Of a stretch of DNA of 63,377 nucleotides, positions 59,451 through 63,377 are shown piece after piece. A model generated the notes under the pieces. It was not told the DNA's origin, searched no databases, and saw only the letters and a list, made by a program, of their open reading frames with translations. Within the stretch, counting starts at the first letter, position 1, and each line of letters opens with the position of its first letter. The DNA comes from an uncultured Muribaculaceae bacterium. Its GTDB lineage: Bacteria > Bacillota_I > Bacilli_A > RF39 > UBA660. The DNA lies in assembly GCA_964486215.1 (NCBI GenBank), contig CAZALI010000004.1, positions 1 through 63,377 of the forward strand. Reading direction: 5' to 3'. A program made the translations under genes and the position numbers.

Positions 59451-59747
59451 ATGGAGTTTATTTGTTTGTTTTTCCCAACTCTTATAGCTATGGGAAAAGA
59501 TATTAATACAAAGAATATTTATAAAGTAATATATGATTATGCTATGTATAATTTAAGTATTAATTTTATATCATTTTTAATAGTTAGAGTAGTTACTCAG
59601 TCACAATTAGTTATAGATAGTAACTTATGGACTATGAAATTTACTCTTAAATATATAATACTTAGTTCATTTATAGCTCTTATATTGCCAAAAGTAATAG
59701 AATTCTTAAAGAAGAATTTCTCTATATCTATAAAGAGGTCAAAATGA
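59451..59747 (+). CDS. Small 3-TM membrane protein (unknown), translationally coupled to the LtaS-family gene
   Basis: 98 aa. ATGA overlap with the next gene. Confidence 0.65.
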   Translation: MEFICLFFPTLIAMGKDINTKNIYKVIYDYAMYNLSINFISFLIVRVVTQSQLVIDSNLWTMKFTLKYIILSSFIALILPKVIEFLKKNFSISIKRSK

Positions 59748-61261
59748 TTAAGAAAATTATTAAGAATTTCTTTGTATTCTTATATATATTTATAATTACT
59801 TTAATATATTTTTCTACTAAATGGGCTCTTCATACTTTTGAATTTCTAAATTTTGATGAAATAGTTTTTCAATTAACTTCACCATTATCTGGAACTGAGA
59901 GTACTATTATGACTAGTTTTTATAGTAATAGTTTATTCCCAAGTATAGTATTTTCTGTTATATGCTTTATATTGATAAAGACGCTTTATAGTTATTTAAG
60001 TACTGAGTATCTTAATATAAATATAATGATTAGAAATAAGAAATTTAATTTTAATATTAAGACTATTATTCTAAAGATAATTATAACTACTATAATTATT
60101 ATTAGTGGACTATGTATTATTAATAATAGCTGTACTAAACTACATTTACCAAAGTATCTTAAATCTTTATTTGAAAGTTCTAAGTTTATTGAAGAACACT
60201 ATGTAGATCCAAAAGAAGTAAAAATAACTTTCCCAGATAAAAAGAGAAATTTAGTATTTATCTTCGCAGAATCATTTGAAAGTAGTTACTTTCCAGTTAG
60301 TTTAGGTGGAAGTAATAATAAAAATCCTATGGAACCATTAAATACTTTAACTGAAGAAAATTTAAATTTTTCTGATAATGAAAAGTTTGGTGGTTCACAG
60401 CAATTAGCAGGTACAACATGGACAACAGGAGCTATAGTAGCTTATACTACAGGTCTACCAGTAAAAATAGATCCTACTCTTACCAATGGCGCTGATAGAA
60501 GTAATGTCTTAAATGGAGCTACTGCTTTAGGACATATTCTAGAAAAGAATGGTTATAATGAAACATTTATGATGGGATCAGATAGTTCTTTTGGTAGTAG
60601 AAAAGGTTATTTAAAAAAACATGGTAATTATTACATCTATGATGAAAAAGAAGCTAAAAAGTTAAAGAAAGTACCAAAAGATTATCATGTATGGTGGGGT
60701 ATAGAAGATAAGAAATTATTTGAAATAGCTAAAGATGAATTAACAAGATTAGATAATGAAAGTAAACCATTTAACTTTTCTATATTGACTACTGATACTC
60801 ATTTCCCAGGTGGTTTTATAAATAAAGAATGTACTGGATATCATTATGAAGATGACTATTCTAATTCAGTATATTGTAGTGCTAAAGAAATAAGAGACTT
60901 TATTGAATGGATAAAGAAACAATCATTCTATGAAAATACAACTATTATTTTAGTTGGAGATCATCTTAGTATGGAAAAGGATTATCTACCATTAGATCAA
61001 AAGAGAAGAGTTTATAATCTTATAATTAATTCTCCTATAGAAGCAAAACAAACAAAGAATAGAGAATTCTCATCTCTAGATATGTTCCCAACTACTTTAG
61101 CTAGTATGAATGTAAAGATAGAAGGAGATAGATTAGGTCTAGGTACCAATTTATATTCCGATGAAAAAACATTGATAGAACAATATGGATATGATAAAGT
61201 TAATAGTGAATTAGAAAAAAGAAGTATATTTTATGATAATAAATTTATTTATAATAAATAA
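59744..61261 (+). CDS. LtaS/phosphoglycerol-transferase family sulfatase (intact paralog)
   Basis: N-terminal TM segments and the sulfatase core VFIFAESFES, GTTWTTGAIVAYTTG, LTTDTHFP, ILVGDHL. Confidence 0.8.
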   Translation: MIKKIIKNFFVFLYIFIITLIYFSTKWALHTFEFLNFDEIVFQLTSPLSGTESTIMTSFYSNSLFPSIVFSVICFILIKTLYSYLSTEYLNINIMIRNKKFNFNIKTIILKIIITTIIIISGLCIINNSCTKLHLPKYLKSLFESSKFIEEHYVDPKEVKITFPDKKRNLVFIFAESFESSYFPVSLGGSNNKNPMEPLNTLTEENLNFSDNEKFGGSQQLAGTTWTTGAIVAYTTGLPVKIDPTLTNGADRSNVLNGATALGHILEKNGYNETFMMGSDSSFGSRKGYLKKHGNYYIYDEKEAKKLKKVPKDYHVWWGIEDKKLFEIAKDELTRLDNESKPFNFSILTTDTHFPGGFINKECTGYHYEDDYSNSVYCSAKEIRDFIEWIKKQSFYENTTIILVGDHLSMEKDYLPLDQKRRVYNLIINSPIEAKQTKNREFSSLDMFPTTLASMNVKIEGDRLGLGTNLYSDEKTLIEQYGYDKVNSELEKRSIFYDNKFIYNK

Positions 61262-61283
61262 TTTCCTCTAATAGGAGGTACAT

Positions 61284-62204
61284 ATGAAAAAATGTAAAAT
61301 TATTATGAATCCTAAAAGTGGTAAAAAGAAAAAGACCAATTATACTGCTTTATATGACATACTTAGAAATCACGGTTATGATGCGGAAATAATATATACT
61401 AAAGCAGCCAAAGATGCCACTAAAATAGTAGAAGAATTACCTAATGATATTGATTTAGTAATTTCTGCTGGTGGAGATGGTACTCTAAATGAAGTAGTAA
61501 CTGGTGATATGCATAGGAGAAAAATGCTTACTCTAGCTAACTTACCACTTGGTACTGTAAATGATGTAGGTAATATGTATGGACTACATCAAAGCACTTT
61601 AAAAAATTTAGAAGCTATATTAAATGGTGTCCCTAAAAAGATAGATGTTTGCTATATAAATGATACAGTATTTGTCTATGTAGCTTGTTTAGGAGACTAT
61701 ACTGATATGGCTTATGCTACACCAAGAGATTTAAAAAAGATGTATGGTAAATTTGGTTATATTATGTATGGATTAAAACAATTTTTAACTAATAAAATCC
61801 ATAATTATAATATCAGATATACTGTAAATGGAAAAACTTATACCGATGATTATTCATTCTTCTTTATTACTAATTCATCACGTATTGCTGGAGTAGACGA
61901 TGTCTACTATGATATAAAATTAGATGATAATATGTTCGAAGTAGCTATGGCTAAAATAAGACGTAAAAAAGATATGTTTAAACTATTAGGTATGATGTTT
62001 ACTAGTGATATAGAAAATATACCTAATATAACTTACTATCAAACATCATCTATAGATATAGAATTCTTAAATCCACCTAAGACATCTTGGTGTATAGATG
62101 GAGAAGAATACAAGAGTACTAGTACTAAATTTTCACTTAAAGTTATTAAAGGGCCTAAGATGTTAATGCCTAAAGTGAATCTAGATAGATTATTCAATAA
62201 ATGA
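61284..62204 (+). CDS. Diacylglycerol kinase-family lipid kinase (DagK/YegS type)
   Basis: IMNPKSGKKK and SAGGDGTLNEVV catalytic-domain motifs. Confidence 0.85.
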   Translation: MKKCKIIMNPKSGKKKKTNYTALYDILRNHGYDAEIIYTKAAKDATKIVEELPNDIDLVISAGGDGTLNEVVTGDMHRRKMLTLANLPLGTVNDVGNMYGLHQSTLKNLEAILNGVPKKIDVCYINDTVFVYVACLGDYTDMAYATPRDLKKMYGKFGYIMYGLKQFLTNKIHNYNIRYTVNGKTYTDDYSFFFITNSSRIAGVDDVYYDIKLDDNMFEVAMAKIRRKKDMFKLLGMMFTSDIENIPNITYYQTSSIDIEFLNPPKTSWCIDGEEYKSTSTKFSLKVIKGPKMLMPKVNLDRLFNK

Positions 62205-62218
62205 AATGAGGACTAATT

Positions 62219-62716
62219 ATGAATGAACAAGAACAAGCAGATAAAAAAATGATTTTTAATTACTTAAAAGAATTTGCTGATCCGCTTCCATATAAAATGA
62301 GAGATAGAGATTTATCTATACATTATTATAAAGACTATATAGAAGCAAAATATAGAGGATTAAATACTCATCATCAGACTTATGATGTAAATGCTAGTAT
62401 CATAGTATATTGTGATAAAGTATTAATTAATATATATGAAAAACATGCCTATTATGATAAGAATACTGGTACTAAAATATCTAAAAAAAGATATCAAACA
62501 GGTGGTTTTGAATTATTAAATGATATCATTAATATGCAAAATGTAACTACTATGGTTGAAACTCATAGAAAAGGAAATAAAGCAGGTAAAAAAGAAGTTA
62601 ATATCCTAGCTAATGAAAAAGAATATACTTTTACTGATGGTAATGATTTCTTACATAATTATCATGGACTTCAAGAGTATTATAATCAAAATAAAGAACA
62701 TGTTAAAAGAATATAA
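62219..62716 (+). CDS. Hypothetical cytoplasmic protein
   Basis: 165-aa ORF with SD GAGGA. No recognisable motif. Confidence 0.65.
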   Translation: MNEQEQADKKMIFNYLKEFADPLPYKMRDRDLSIHYYKDYIEAKYRGLNTHHQTYDVNASIIVYCDKVLINIYEKHAYYDKNTGTKISKKRYQTGGFELLNDIINMQNVTTMVETHRKGNKAGKKEVNILANEKEYTFTDGNDFLHNYHGLQEYYNQNKEHVKRI

Positions 62717-62735
62717 TTTAAATATTCTTTTTTTT
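62706..62735 (+). terminator. Rho-independent terminator
   Basis: Stem AAAGAATAT / ATATTCTTT with a 7-nt loop and a T-run. Confidence 0.65.
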
Positions 62736-62763
62736 ATGATAATATCTTATTAGAGGTAAAATT

Positions 62764-63377
62764 ATGTTTCAAAAGAGAAGAGAACAAAAATTAGTAATTA
62801 AATTATCTTTATATTTATTATATTTAATTATAATAACTATTCTTTTTATCGCAGCTTATAATATTTATAAAGATTCTAATACTATAAAATCTTTTAATAA
62901 AGTAGAAAAGACAAGTGATTATGCTTATATAAATATATCTCGTATGTCTAATAAATTTGCCTATTATAAAGATAAAAATATTGGTATACACTACGTAATG
63001 GAAATAGAAGATACTAATAAATGGCATACGTATTTAATAGCTATAAATGAAGATAATATAAGTAAATATCAAGAACTTATAGATTATACTAATAATAAAG
63101 TAAAGAAAGCTAAACCAATCAAAGTATATGGTTATCCTATTGTTATAAGTGATGAATTAAAAAATGTTTCTATTAAACATATAAATGAATTCTTACCAAA
63201 AGAAAATGAAGTAAATATTAATAAAGACAATTATGATGATTATTTAACTAATTGTTACTTAGATACTACTAAGTCAAAAAAAGAAGACTTTAATTTATTA
63301 CTATTCATAGTACTATTCTTAATACTAATAATGATCTTTTTAATGATATATACATTATTAGAAAATAACATAGTAGT
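62764..63377 (+). CDS. Hypothetical membrane protein, 3'-truncated by the window edge
   Basis: ATG 62764 after AGAGGT. The frame stays open to the end of the window, so it is absent from the ORF track for lack of a stop. There is a TM segment near the N-terminus and another near residue 190. Confidence 0.6.
   Translation, partial: MFQKRREQKLVIKLSLYLLYLIIITILFIAAYNIYKDSNTIKSFNKVEKTSDYAYINISRMSNKFAYYKDKNIGIHYVMEIEDTNKWHTYLIAINEDNISKYQELIDYTNNKVKKAKPIKVYGYPIVISDELKNVSIKHINEFLPKENEVNINKDNYDDYLTNCYLDTTKSKKEDFNLLLFIVLFLILIMIFLMIYTLLENNIV

Noticed and set aside
62824-63027. Minus-strand 67-aa ORF near the window end
   Set aside because: A longer plus-strand frame starting at ATG 62764 with a good SD stays open to the window edge and encodes a sensible membrane protein. 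The minus ORF is its mirror.

Overview
Very AT-rich chromosomal window from a monoderm, low-GC Bacillota-type organism; it uses the standard code, since TGA terminates tsaE. The short 5S rRNA and the pcrA-ligA...gatCAB order are compatible with an Erysipelotrichia- or Bacilli-like lineage, but this cannot be settled here. The window opens in the tail of an rRNA operon (23S 3' end, a 104-nt 5S, a strong terminator). It continues through a housekeeping block: tsaE-tsaB-rimI-tsaD, a FIST protein, pcrA, a sugar-phosphate nucleotidyltransferase, ligA and gatCAB. Inserted in that block is a three-gene surface module: a thioester-domain adhesin, a sortase and a polytopic membrane protein. From about 19 kb to the end, almost every gene concerns the cell envelope. 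This part holds a degenerate GGDEF sensor, two LtaS-family genes (one frameshifted), an LCP-PASTA fusion, a GH73 autolysin and a kinase-less 6xPASTA membrane protein. It also holds a roughly 25-kb glycopolymer island with seven or eight glycosyltransferases, a TagF-like polymerase, TagGH-like ABC export, a Wzx-like flippase, two polyprenyl-phosphate GT2 enzymes with GT-C-like partners, LicD and two acyltransferases, one fused in frame to a cell-wall-binding GH25 muramidase. No transposase, integrase, CRISPR or recognisable defence genes are visible. Four candidates look most novel. (1) A self-contained IspD-like cytidylyltransferase / extended-SDR / AraD-epimerase operon next to licD may make an unusual CDP-pentitol. 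(2) A 30-aa hydrophobic peptide gene has an SD-sequestering 5' hairpin and a convergent promoter, which resembles a type I toxin-antitoxin locus. (3) The adhesin carries a VPDTS sorting signal and is translationally coupled to a sortase that has no Arg after its TLITC motif. (4) Non-canonical PASTA proteins cluster around an autolysin whose upstream region carries WalR-like phased TGTAAA repeats. All functional calls rest on motif recognition by eye; no database search was run.
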